NCBI RefSeq assembly: GCF_009914755.1
Contig: NC_060936.1
Origin: the human T2T-CHM13v2.0 reference genome, Homo sapiens
DNA: 64,000 bases
Direction: 5' to 3' (one strand)
Shown piece by piece: positions 27,896 through 40,500 of this stretch. Position 1 is the first letter of the stretch. Every line of letters begins with the position of its first letter. The notes beneath the pieces were generated by a model. That model made no database searches and had not been told where the DNA came from. It was given only the letters and a program-made list of their open reading frames with translations. Made by a program: the position numbers and the translations under genes.

Positions 27896-28191
27896 GGCCG
27901 GGCACGGTGACTCACGCCTGTAATCCCAGCACTTTGGGAGGCCGAGGCGGGCGGATCACAAGGTCAGGAGATCGAGACCATCCTGGCTAATGTGGTGAAA
28001 CCCCGTATCTACTAAAAAAATATAAAAAATTAGCTGGGCATGGTGGCGGGCACCTGTAGTCCCAGCTACTCGGGAGGCTGAGGGCAGGAGAATGGCATGA
28101 ACCCGGGAGGCAGAGCTTGCAGTGAGCCGAGATCGCGCCACTGCACTCCAGCCTGGGCGACAGAGCGAGACTCTGTCTCAAAAAAAAAAAA
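27896..28191 (+). mobile_element. AluY
   Basis: Diagnostic gagatcgagaccatcctggctaa and gagcttgcag; TSD gaaaa(a/g)ggc(a/g)ag. Confidence 0.95.
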
Positions 28192-28643
28192 GAAAAGGGC
28201 GAGTAAGAGAGCTGTATTGTTCATCTACCCACATCTATTCTTTAGATGGTATTTTTCTCTCAGTTCCTTAATACCTTACATACTCATTGTGACACTGAGA
28301 ATTTTCCACCATAAACCTTAAATCCAAGACTTTTTCTTTGCCTTTAGTTATACCAAATAGCTGACTTCATTATGCCTTCCTTGCTTGCTTATAATTTGAG
28401 GAGCAATTTTATTATGTAATCAGGTTAACTACTAAATACATAAGTAAAATGGGGACTGAAAATTTATTATTTACTTAGAAAAAAAAGGTTTCCCATAAAG
28501 GGGTGTTATGTACCACAAAGTACACTCCCTTCATTTTCCTTGAACCTTTATCACAAATTGTACTAGAAGAGTCACTCACATTTTCCTGAAGTGGAGTCTC
28601 TGAAAATCCACAGGGCCTAGGGTACTTTAAGAATATATAAGTC

Positions 28644-29087
<444 letters not shown>

Positions 29088-29218
29088 CAGTATATCTAGC
29101 TGGACTGTCAGTATATCTATATATTTGTCAATAAAATTTATTCTCTTATCCTATAACAACACAGCTTCCATCCCAGTTCCTGGGGATTGGGGGATAAGCC
29201 CAAATGACAGGAACAGCG

Positions 29219-29783
29219 TGTATTATCAGGGTTCTCCAGAAGGACAGAACTAATAGGATTGATGTATATATAAAGGGGAGATTATTAAAGAGTATTGACT
29301 CACACAATCACAATGTGAAATGCCACAATAGGCTGTCTGCAAGCTGAGGAGCAAGGAAGCCAAGTCTGAGTCCTAAAACCTCAAAAGTAGGGAAGCCAGC
29401 AGTGCGGCCTTCAGTCTGCAGCCGAAAGCCCAAGAGCCCCTGGAAAACCACTGGTTTAAGTCCAAGAGTCCAAAAGCTGAAAAACTTGGAGTCTGATGTT
29501 TGAGGGCAGGAAGCATCCAGCACAAAAGATGAAGGCTGGAAGACTCAGCAAGCCAGCTCCTTCCACCGTCTTCTGCCTGCTTTTTCTAGCTGGCTGGTAG
29601 CTGGTTGGATGGTGCCCACCCACATTGTGGGTAGGTCTTCCTGAGGGTGGGTCTTCCTCTCCCTGTCCACTGACTCAAATATTAATCTCTTCTGGCAACA
29701 CCCAGAAATGCTCAGATACACCCAGAAACAATAATTAGCATCCTTCAATCCAATCAAGTTGACACTTAATATTAACCATCGCA
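29219..29783 (-). mobile_element. MLT2A (HERVL) solo LTR
   Basis: Minus strand starts TGCGATGGTTAATATTAAGTGTCAACTTGATTGGATTGAAGGATGC and ends ...GAACCCTGATAATACA. Confidence 0.88.
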
Positions 29784-29784
29784 G

Positions 29785-31792
29785 GGCAGAATTTCAGCCA
29801 GTGTGGAGCCCATAGAGTGTGCTGCAGGAGTGTCTGTAATGGAGCATGGCCAGGGTCCCCCACACTCCTAGGCTTTACTTGCTCCCATAGGAGACTTTAG
29901 CCTTAGGGAAAGTATTAGACCCGAACCCTGCGGGGCAGTCTTGAAAATGAGATGAGGTCAGTCCAACCTGAGCATCCCTTTGTCTGCTGGCCTCTTCTGG
30001 GGCCCAGACTGGTTGCACTTGCTTGCAGTGCAGCCCCCAAGTACCTCCTGGGAGCCTTCATTATAGCTCCTGAGCTGGTGGACTTCACCTGACCAATACA
30101 GTGCTCCAACAGAGCAGCCCTCATGGACATGTACTAGCCTGCCCGTTCCCTCCCAAGTGCAGCCTCTCCCATACCATTTTGCTGATATACACTCACCCAT
30201 GATCACCCCTGACTTTGCCTTGTTTGCATTCCTCCCCCACCAATGTGCATGTGCACACGCACCCTAGCATGCCACTACTGCTGGCATGAGTGCACATCAC
30301 GCCCCTCCTCCCTGCCACACTGCCACTGTCATTGAAGTGTTTGCAGGCAGAGGGCCCACCAGCCCAGCTCCTGCTAGTGCCTTGCTCCTGTGCCCGTGCC
30401 AACACTGTTGCTGACGTAACACTAGCCATGGAGAACAGCAGACTCACCCCTGCCCTGAGTGGCCACTGCCATCCACATGAATGTGCAGAGGGCACACATG
30501 GTCCTGCACCCACCAGTCCCCTATCCCCATGCTAACATCACAATCGGCATGAAAGCATACAGTCACCAGCAGGGGCCCCCTGTCCCATAGAATTGTGCTG
30601 CCACTACTGCTGCTGGGAACACCTGCACAGAGGCTGGCACCTCAGCACCTGCTAGTACCTTGCTGAAGCTGACAAGCATGCACCCCACCTCACTGCTGCT
30701 GCTGCTTCTGGTGGCATGTGTGAGCTGCTGCTGCTGGTGGCATGTGTGAATGAGGAGGAATCCTGCTGCCACTGCACTGCAGAATGCTTTGGCTGGCACC
30801 ACCCATCAGAATGCTGTGACCAGCAGTCTGGGAGCACCTTGGTCCCTCCAGCACATCAGGTTCCTAACCTTGAGGAGCCAGGGAACAAAGTCAGGACCTG
30901 AGACCTGTCCCTTTGCACTAGTGCATGCAGTTCAGGAGTCCTGAGCTGAGCCTTGGCCTTCTAATATCTTCCAGAAAAGAAGCCAGTAAATCAAACCCAC
31001 CTTATACCACAATCAAACCCCCAAAGTCATCAAATAGAATAAAAGGAACAAAATCCCATTCAAAGGACAACAACTTCAAAGACTGAAGGAATATCAGCCT
31101 ATAAAAATGAGAAAGAACCAGCATGAGAACTATGACAACTCAAAAAGCCAGAATGTCTTCTTTCCTCCAAATGACTGCATTAGCTTTCCAGCAAGAGTTC
31201 TTAATCAGGCTGATATGGCTGAAATGACAGAAATAGAATTCAGAAATATGGATAGGAATGAAGATCACTGAGATTCAGGAGAACGTTGAAACTGAACCTA
31301 AGGAAGCTAAGAATCACAATAAAAGGATACAGGAACTGACAGACAATATAGCCAGTATAGAAAAAAATGTAACCAACCGAATAGACCTGAAAATGCTTTA
31401 AAAGAATCTCATAATGTAATTGCAAGTATTAACAACAGAATAGACCAAGCTGAGGAAAGAACTCAGAGCTTGGAGACTGGCTTTCTGAATAAGACAGTCA
31501 AGAAGAATAAGGAAAAGAGAATGAAAAGAAATGAACAAAACCCCTGAGAAATATGGGATTATGTAAAGAGACCAAATCTATGACTTGTTTGCATTAATGA
31601 AAAGGATTAGGAGAATGGAAGCAACTTAGAAAACATATTTCAGGATATCATTCATGAGAACTTCCACAAGCTAGCTAGAGAGGCCAACTTTCAAAATCAG
31701 GAAATGCACAGACCCCTGAAAAATACTTCACAAGAAGATCATCCCTAAGACACATGGTCGTCGACTCTCCAAGGTCAAAATAATCTGTACAA
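29785..31792 (+). mobile_element. Older L1 (L1PA13-16/L1P4-like) 5'UTR plus partial ORF1
   Basis: GC-rich 5'UTR; ORF1 start ATGAGAAAGAACCAG at about 31108; decayed coiled-coil and EIWDYVKRPNL motif; ends abruptly. Confidence 0.8.
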
Positions 31793-34700
31793 TGCGTCCT
31801 TCACTTTCTTCCTTTCCTCCCCACCCCTCACTGTTCAACAGATAACCTGAGTGCATTCAGTTTGTAAAGCACAGTGCTGGGGCCGTGAAAGCCAGAGACG
31901 AATCAGACAACACACAACCACTCTCAAAGAGATTCAGGGATCCCAGGAGGGAAGAAAGGAACATCAGTAAGCACAACGCCCCGCAAGCCTGGGTTTCACA
32001 TCTGTTTAGCAGCAGCATGACCTTAAGGAGGTCACTAACAGGTCAACGCCTCAGCTTCTTCCACTGAAAAACAGGAATGGTCACTTCTGCGTCACTGAAT
32101 TACCTCTCACTGAATTACCTCGAAGGTGAAAAGGAGCTGGTGATGTCTGGTGCTCCTGTCCTGGCTGACACAGCTAGGTCCTCAGCATTGGCTATTATTG
32201 CCTGCAAGACGGGGAGTAGTGAGGGGCTTCAGGCACTCAGGAAACCCAGAACTCCCACAAGTGGGCAGGGCAAAGTAGGCAAAATTTCAGGGAGGAGGCG
32301 GTCTAGAGCAGATCACGGAGAGGGAAGCTCCAGGCTTAGGAGACAGACACTCTGCAAGAGAACACCGCGGAGGACGAAACAGCAGAGCAACAGCAAGCAG
32401 CGCCTCTGGCTGGAGCTGTGCCTTTCAAGGAGCCGCAGTAGGAACCACGCTCCTCTTGGGGTGGCAGAGGGATGGGCAGGACCATGCTTGGGCTCCCTGT
32501 TCCACCGCCTCCAAAGACGACATCCCCATTCCCCATGAGAATGTTTCCTATGAAGCCAGGCTGGCCCTTGACCTCTGCAGGGCTGCCACTGGCCCTGGCC
32601 CATCATCATGCCAGTCCCTAGAGGCTGATGGTGAGAAGGGAGCAGAAAGCGCCCACTCCTGACCCAGATTCGCTGCTTCTCCTCCCCTGCCTCTGTCATG
32701 ACCCCAGGGAAGCAAACCCTGAACCGGGGCTCTCGCCTTCACCTTTACCTTCTCCATTCTGGGATAAAAGACCACACATTGGATGTAGTGTACACTGCTC
32801 CCCAAAACCATTGAAATAAAAAATAAAGAATGATCTGCTCATTATGCAGGCCACTTGGGGGCCACCAGATGCCAATGAGTAGAAGGAGAGAGAAGGACAG
32901 ATGGAGGAAGTAAGGACAAGGGGAAAGGGGAAGGGAGAAAGGGAGAAGAAAGGAAGGGGAGTGGGGAAAGAAGGAGAAAGAGAGGGAGGAAAGGACCAAG
33001 AGCCTTGCAGAGAAAATTCCCCCTTTTTCTAAGGAAAGGTGCTGGGCAGTGGTGCAGCTTCTTGGGTGAAGATGTTGGGCAGGGGCTGACGGGAAAAGGC
33101 AGATAACAGCATCCAAACTTCCACACACGAAGTCTGTCCCCTCCTCTTCCCCGTGCCGTCTCAACAACCCCCATCCCCCGCCCTGCCTTGTCATCTATAT
33201 CTTGGGAAGCAGGTGACATATCTGGCCCAATATTTTGGGGCCTAGCTTCTCCCAGGTGTGGAGGGGGCAGATGCAGGGACAGGAAGAAGTGGCTGGGAGG
33301 GGCTGGAGGGTGGGGCTGAAGAGAGCCTGGGAGGTGCTTGTCATTCCCTCCAGTCTCTGCAAGCTCCCCCACTGCGACAGAGCAGGAGGAGAGAGCATAG
33401 CCAGGAATGCTAATTTGCCAGGAGCTCACCTGCCTGCGTCACAAGGCACAGGTGCCAATGAGGCCAGGGTCCAGTCTGGGGCATGAGATGGGGTGGTGGG
33501 GAGGAGAGAGACAGTCTCTCCTCTACCCACCTGTCTCTTCTGTGCAGGTGGTTTCCGAGCAGGTGAAGCACATTTAAAGGGGGAGGTTCTAAACTGGTCA
33601 CAGTCCCATTGAAAAAGCCCATGGGAAATGAAAAGCCCACACACTCGCCCATTCCATTGCCACAGGCAGGGGGCAGGTGGAGGAGGAGCGGTGGGTGCTC
33701 CCCACACCACTCCCAATTATCACCGACTCCTCCCTTTCCTTCATTCTCCTTCCCAATCTGTCAGTGTATCCTGTGGTTGGTCCCTTTGAATGTCTCACCC
33801 AGCCCTCCTTGCTTGCAAGTCCCCTGATTGCAGCCTCATCCCCGCCATGTCCTGACTACAGCAACAGCCTCTGGGTGTCTCTGCCATCTGCTCTCTCTCT
33901 CCCTTCTTGTCCCCTTTGTGACAGGTGCTTGATGAACCTTCCCCAAACTCTTCTGACCCATCCCTGCCCTGCTCAGGACCCAATCACAGTTCCCTCACCC
34001 TCCTGAATCAAACCTGAAGTCCTGTCCTGAGTACCCCATGGGCCTTAACTTACTCATCCCAACTTCACTCATTGCCTTGCCCCACACCCTGCCAGGGAGC
34101 CTCCCATGGCACCGTGGAGGACGCAGAGGAACCAAGGCAAAGCTCCTGTGGCACCATCCAGAGAGACCAGGCCCACAGGCATGTGGAAAGTCAGCCTCCA
34201 ACCCCCTGCTCTGCAGGGAAGGAGCTGAGTGCAAGGGAGAGGCAGCGCTGTCTGTGCTTCCCGTGCAGAAGTCCCAGCCCCAGCCCCTGTGCAGGCCGGC
34301 CTCCCCGGCAGCCTGTCATACTCCGAGTTCCCAGCCACTTTCAGGCTTCTCTCCAAGCCTGTGGCCTCCATTTCTAGACCCCACCCCGGGACCTGCACAC
34401 CAGCCTCGCTACCTTAGCCCCCTCCTCCAGGAGCCTGCCCTGTGTGGAGTAGGCACATGGTTTTCCTCTCCAGCACCCATTGCCTCCTTACTCAAGCAAT
34501 GGCCCTGTTTCCTCTGGGGAATCCATCTCAATTCATGAGCATCAGATCAGACTGCCCCCAGAGCTCCTCAGTCTAAGCCAATCAGTGTGTCATAGTCCCC
34601 AGCCTCAGTGATGGATTCTGGGACAGACACGAGGACCAAGCCAGGTGGGATGAGTGAGTGTGGCTTCTGGAGGAAGTGGGGACAAAGGAGAGCATTCTTT

Positions 34701-35639
34701 CCTGCCAGACCTAACCCTGGGTCATGAGTCCAGCCCCACTGGTTGTCACCTCGCCACCACGAGAGCAAGGCCTGTCTGGGAATGTAGCCAGCCCAAAAGA
34801 AGCAAGCTGACATGGAAGGAAAGCAAACCAGGCCTGGATGACGTCGTGTAAGCCCTGGAACTCCGAAGCCTGCTCTACTGATTAGTTACTTTTTGCTCAA
34901 CCTGGTCTGGAGAGTTCCGACTGACAGGGTGCCACCAATTTTTAGTGATTTCTCTCCCCTCTAGACCCCTGGAAGCCTGTGCGATTCATGCTATGCAATG
35001 AAGAATCAGCCTCGCCCTGTGCTCTCCCATTCCGGCCTCTAAGCTCCTAAGGACACCGTGTTGGCCACATCTTTGGTGTCTCTCAGGGTCCAGCACAATG
35101 GGGAGCACACGGTGGGAGATGGATGTGGTGACCTGGAACTCAGGTGTGAGGGAGCTGGGACACAGGCCCAGGATTCCTGAGAGACATCCTCCCCTCCCTG
35201 GGCCATGCGAGCCACTTGGAGAACCTGCACCCACTCTCAACGAACTCAGCACTCCCTTCCCCAGGATATGCCTTCCTGCCTTCTCCTCATCCCATCCCTG
35301 GGCAGGGGACATGCAACTGTCTACAGGTGCCTAGTACCAGGATGGGAAAGGAAAGCCACCAAAATCTAAGGCTGCCCTCAGAGAAGGGCAAGCATGCAGT
35401 CCTCATCTTGATGAGGAAACAGTTTCTGAGGGAATAGTTTTCCCCTCCATTCCAAGCGTTGGACATGAGGCGGCCATAATCAGGGGCTGATGGCTCTTAA
35501 AGACTTCCGTCCTCTTGCCGAGGCATCCCTTGGGCACATTTAGCATAACAATAAGCACAAAGGAGCGTCCAACACTTTCTGTAACTGTTGGTAGCAAGTT
35601 GATGAATGGCCACCATTCAATGGGCAGTCAACGAGTAGA

Positions 35640-35890
35640 GATTATCAACAGGCAAGAGCTAGCATTTCCTGAAGGCTTCCTAGGTGCCAGGCACTGTTCC
35701 ATTCCTTTGCATGTTTTAATTTATGTAATCTTTGCAACAGTTCTATCAGGAAGATGCCATGATTACCACAGTTTCACAGATGAGGACATTGAGGCTTAGA
35801 GGGATTGAGTAAGTTGCCAAGGGAACAGAGCAAGCAAACAGGGAAGCCAGATTTGAGCCAAGGCATCAGCTCCAAGGCAACCTCTCAGCC
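35640..35890 (-). mobile_element. MIR SINE
   Basis: ccaggcactgtt...cagatgaggacattgaggcttagag core. Confidence 0.7.
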
Positions 35891-36689
35891 AGTTCAGTGC
35901 AAAGCCTCTTGTTTACAGGGACTTTCTAGACAGGCTTGAAGCAGGCCAGTGAGTCAGTGGGCAGGGGAGAGGCAGAATAGTTAAGAGGATCTGGAGGCAA
36001 TGACTATGCTTCATCCCCCATTTTTTAGTTTGGGAGGGCTTCCAGGAAGAGGTGGGCTTCCAGTTCATGACAGAAGAGGAGGCTGCACAGTGAAGGAGCA
36101 GGGACTCCAGGTCTGGTGACAATCAGGTGTGGGCCAGGGTGAGGGTGGCTTGCATCAGGAGAGGGATCTGAGTCAGGCAGTCACATACTTCGTGCTGGGG
36201 TCCCTCAAGAGGCACAGCCTGAGGTCCCGGGAAGAAGACCAAGCCTCATTTCAGGTTGCTTGCGGCCAAAGACAGGACCTGTGTACCCAACAACCCCTGG
36301 GACCTTTGCAGGAAACAGCAAACACTATTCACTCACTCGAGTTAGATAAACACTGAGTGAAAAGTCACTGGAGCCAAAGGACTGTGCGGGGTCAGCGCTG
36401 CCGATACAAGAACTGCAGCCCTCCAGCTCGGCTTCCTCAACGGCCTCTCTGCGCTGCAGCCACACTGGCCTCCTTTCAGGTCCTCCACCTCAGGGCTGTA
36501 GGTCATGTGCTTCCTTCTTTCTGGAATGTTCTCCCTGACCTACCCACTCACCCTCAGGTTTTACCACAAATGCTATTTCCTCACATCCACCTTCCCTGAC
36601 CCAGCCAGGCCCCCCATGATGAGCCTCGCAGAACCTCATCTCCCCTCCACAGAGGTGATCATAACCCACAGAACCCAGGGCCACGATCC

Positions 36690-36860
36690 CTGGCTTTGAA
36701 CCCTGGCTCTGCCACTCAGCTAAGTCTCTGTCTTTCTGTGCCTCGGTTTCCTCATCTATAAAATGGAGATAACAGCAGTGCCTGCTCATAAAATGTGGTG
36801 AGGGTTAAATGAGTTAAGGCACTCAGATCAATGGTGGAGCATGGTTAATGCTATATGCAT
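36690..36860 (+). mobile_element. MIR SINE
   Basis: cctcggtttcctcatctataaaatggagataa core. Confidence 0.75.
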
Positions 36861-37361
36861 ATTAGTGAATATTATAAATAGGCTTTATCACAACTGTAAC
36901 TAAACAACTGCTCATGCATTGGTTATTTAGGTCTGTCTCTCCTGCCAGAATATGCACTCCAGTTGGACAGGGACGCTGCCTTATTCATCACTGGATCTAT
37001 AGAGATTTGCTCAGTGCCTCGCTCACAGTCACTGTTGGGTAAATATTTTCTGGCTGCAGGAAAGAGTGAAGGACTAGCCCCCTCGCCGTGGGAGGAAGAG
37101 CGTGAGTTGGGAGAGCAGAGCCACCACAGGAAACCAGGGGGCAAAGTGGGGTGGAAGGCAGTGAGCTCTCAGGCTCTCAGGAGCAAAAGCTTCCAAGCTG
37201 GGCTCTCACCTTGGCCCCTCCCACCCAGGGAAGACAGCTGGGTCTTCCAGGACCAGGAATCCCCAAAGGGGCTGCTCCCAGAGGGTGTATTGCTGGGACT
37301 GGAGAGAGGACTGCCCAGAACCACCCCCTCTGATCAGGTGGGGGTGGGTGGCAGCTCCCAC

Positions 37362-37515
37362 CTACTGAAGATGTCTCTGGAGACCTTCTGCAGGCACTGC
37401 CAGGCATCTGCCACCTGCCGGACGGTCTCCTCTCACTGCAGGTCTGGTGGGATGACGGGCAAGGCATAGGTCTGACCTGCCAGGGAATGCTGGGTCCTCG
37501 CAGGAGTCGTGGTGC
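37362..37515 (-). pseudogene. WASH (WASHC1) first coding exon remnant, unprocessed pseudogene fragment
   Basis: 154-nt cag|...|gtggga exon. It reads [49 protein letters not shown] against recalled WASH1 [50 protein letters not shown] (36/50 identical). ATG>ACG at 37510-37508; TGA at 37435-37433. Confidence 0.9.
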
Positions 37516-40500
37516 CTGTGGGTAGCATCAGAGCCACCCACGCCCACCGGCACCCACTCACCACAGGTAGCATGGTGTTGAGACAGCACAGCCCTCATCC
37601 CAACTGTGTGCACAGCTTCGGGGAGGTGGGGAGGGGGATGGGAGACAAAGCATTTGGTGGGAGGCCAGGAGCTCATAGGAGATGGGATTCTGCTGATGCC
37701 TGCTGAGTGAATGAGGGAGGGAGGGGGCAGGACAAGGGACTGGGGATTTGGTAGGGACAATGGAGGAGCTCGGAGAAGAGGCAACATTTCTTCAATCCTT
37801 ATAAGGTGCTGGGTACCTGCCAGGAACCCTGTCCATACACGATCTCAGTTCAGCTCCTCACCTTGGGTACACAAGAAAGGATCCCTGGCTGAAGAGGGAA
37901 ATAGAGGCTGGAAACAGGGGTACATGGGCAGGGTGGTGGTGGTGAGAGAATTGCCCGAATCAGCTGCCAAATGGTGCCCAGGTTGGAAACGCAAATGTGC
38001 ACACATGGGTTCTTCCCACTCTAACCCTGAGGAATTCGAGGCCTGCTTCTGACACAGACTGGGCAGTGGCTAGTGACTCTAGGTATAGAGTGTCCAGACC
38101 CTGCTCACCCAGGCTAGAGCTTAGGGAGCCAGAAGGAAGGAGGTGCATGTGGGGGTGCGGGACAGGAGGGAAAAACACTCCTTAAATTGCAAAGTGAGGG
38201 CAGAATCTATTTACATTGGGTTGAATTAACTCCTCCCCTTGATGCCACTAAAGCAGGAATCACACTGCAGATGGCACTGATTTGATTGGCAAGAGACATG
38301 CCAGGAAGAATATTAAGGGACCAGGCCCCTATAATTAGGCCTAATCGTAGCCTGTTGTTTGAAAAGGGTATGAAGGACATTCATCAGGCTTGGCACTGTG
38401 CCCTAGACCTGCTCTCCTGGGTAGTGGGGCCCTCCATTGCAACAGAGGTGTGGGTGGGCCTGGGAGAGTGTGGCAAGAAATGCTTAGGAGGCTCTACTTG
38501 GCCTTAAAGGGCTGTGTGACCTTGGGTAAATTGCCTTCTTTGAATCTCTGGTCCTTTCCATTTCCCATTCTCCAGGCTAAGAGCTGCACTCTGATACACG
38601 GTTATTCCCAATAATAATAACCATCCACCCCGTGCAGTGGTCATAAACCAGAGAGAGAAATGTCCACATGAAACTAGGTGCTGCATGCTGGCCATCACTC
38701 ATGGATCATTAATGAAAACTAACTTGGAATCACTATTTTAAGGACAGGATGGTGGGGAGGCATGCTTGTAAACAGAGCCCTTGGCGACTCAATTCATCTG
38801 CAACTCATTTTTCATATATGTTAAATGTATCCCTTCAAGATCATTGCAAAGAAAAACTAAGTTAACATAAGAAACAGTGCCTGGTGGCTAGTGAACATTC
38901 TACAGGTGTTGGATGCTGTTGTCATCATTGTTATCATTATCAGAATGGACAAGACAGAACCCCACAGTCATTCATTTCAGCTCTCTTTTTGGTGAAGAAA
39001 TGTGTTGAGCATTTAGCTGGAAACCTGGCACTTAGGCACAAGGTTGGTGTAGAAGGCACCTGCAGACCTGACCCAGGCGCAAGGCTAGGCACCCTTGTCC
39101 AGTTCTCTGCTGACTTACAGGCAGTTCTCCCTCACTGCTCCTCACCTCCAGAATAAGGAGACTCCTTCAGCTTTGAAGATGTGGGAAGAGCAGGGGTGAG
39201 GGCAAGGAAGAGGATGTCTGAGCATTGAAAAGGCCAAGAAAAGAGGCTGGAGCCCTGAAGGCAATCAGCACCTGTTCCCAAGAATGCAAGGCTGGGCCTT
39301 CTCCCCTCTCAGACACATCCATCATCTGTCAAGATCAGCCACTCAGAGCCCTCAACCTTGCCCCCTCCTCCTTCAGACCCCATGGTACACTCACACCAAG
39401 GAGGGTGTCACAGTGCAGGGATTTCATCCCCAGGGCAGCTCATTGCTGGGAAGGCCACAGCACCCAGCTCCCTCTGCTGCCAGATTCCAGGCCCTGTGGA
39501 CAGCATGTGTCACACAGCAGGTGCACACTTACTGTCATCTCCCTTCCTTAGTCCTGGAGGTGGTCTCTGCTGTGGCTCTGCATGCCACCAATGCTCTCTG
39601 ACCATCTCTAACGGCAGCCTTTGATCTCAAAAATGCCCCAGCCTCTAAGTAACCCATGGCAGTATGAAGCCAACAATGAGGAATTTCTTCCGAGCTCTCT
39701 CCTGGAGATGGGGTGGCGGGAGGGCATGCCTGCGACTGAGATAACTCCCAAAGCACAGCAGGGAAGGAAGAGGAGAACAATGAGGAAGAAAGGGAGCTGA
39801 GAAGGGAGGGGAAGCAGACAGGAGATGAGGCGGTGCATGGAAGAGAGCCTGGTGCCACCCCCATAGGCTACCCTATCACCTCAGTCCCTCCCAGCATCCA
39901 AGGCCCTTCCTCAGGGCTGCTGTGCCTATCACGGCCACTAACCTGGCTGCTCCCTGAGCCTGGCAGCCAACAATCACACAGAAGAAGTCCAAGAGCCCAG
40001 CTCTGCACACCTTCAGCACTCCTGTCACAGCAGCGGGAAAGGGTTCTGGTGTCATGGACCTGGTGCCTTGAGCCAACCTGGGATGGGCAATGTCTGTGGC
40101 CACTAAGAAGCTGACCTCAGCATGGTCCGGCTGGGACTAGAATGGGAGCAGAGACGGGGCTTCTCGAGTCTATCTGTGCGGTGGGAAGGTCTTCCTGTGT
40201 GTGTGGCTGCAGGTGGATCTAGGAAAGGGGGATAAAGGCCCTGCCTTCAGGGCACCCCAACTCTACTGGGGAGACTCACTCTGACACATGAAGCACACCA
40301 GACATCCAAGAGGCACATGAAATGGTGAGACATGACGGGTGAATACAAAAAGCCAGGAACTCCATTCTGGAAAAACAGGACTGATGGCATTGGATCAAGT
40401 CTGCAAAATCACAAAGGACAATAAAGAGAACTGACACAGACCTGAAACAGAACCCCAGGCATCCCTTGAAGCTCAAAAGAATGATCTAAGGACAAATAAA

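Noticed and set aside
32092-32121. 15-bp tandem duplication tcactgaattacctc (similar ones near 26947 and 54261)
   Set aside because: These are ordinary slippage duplications with no sign of function.
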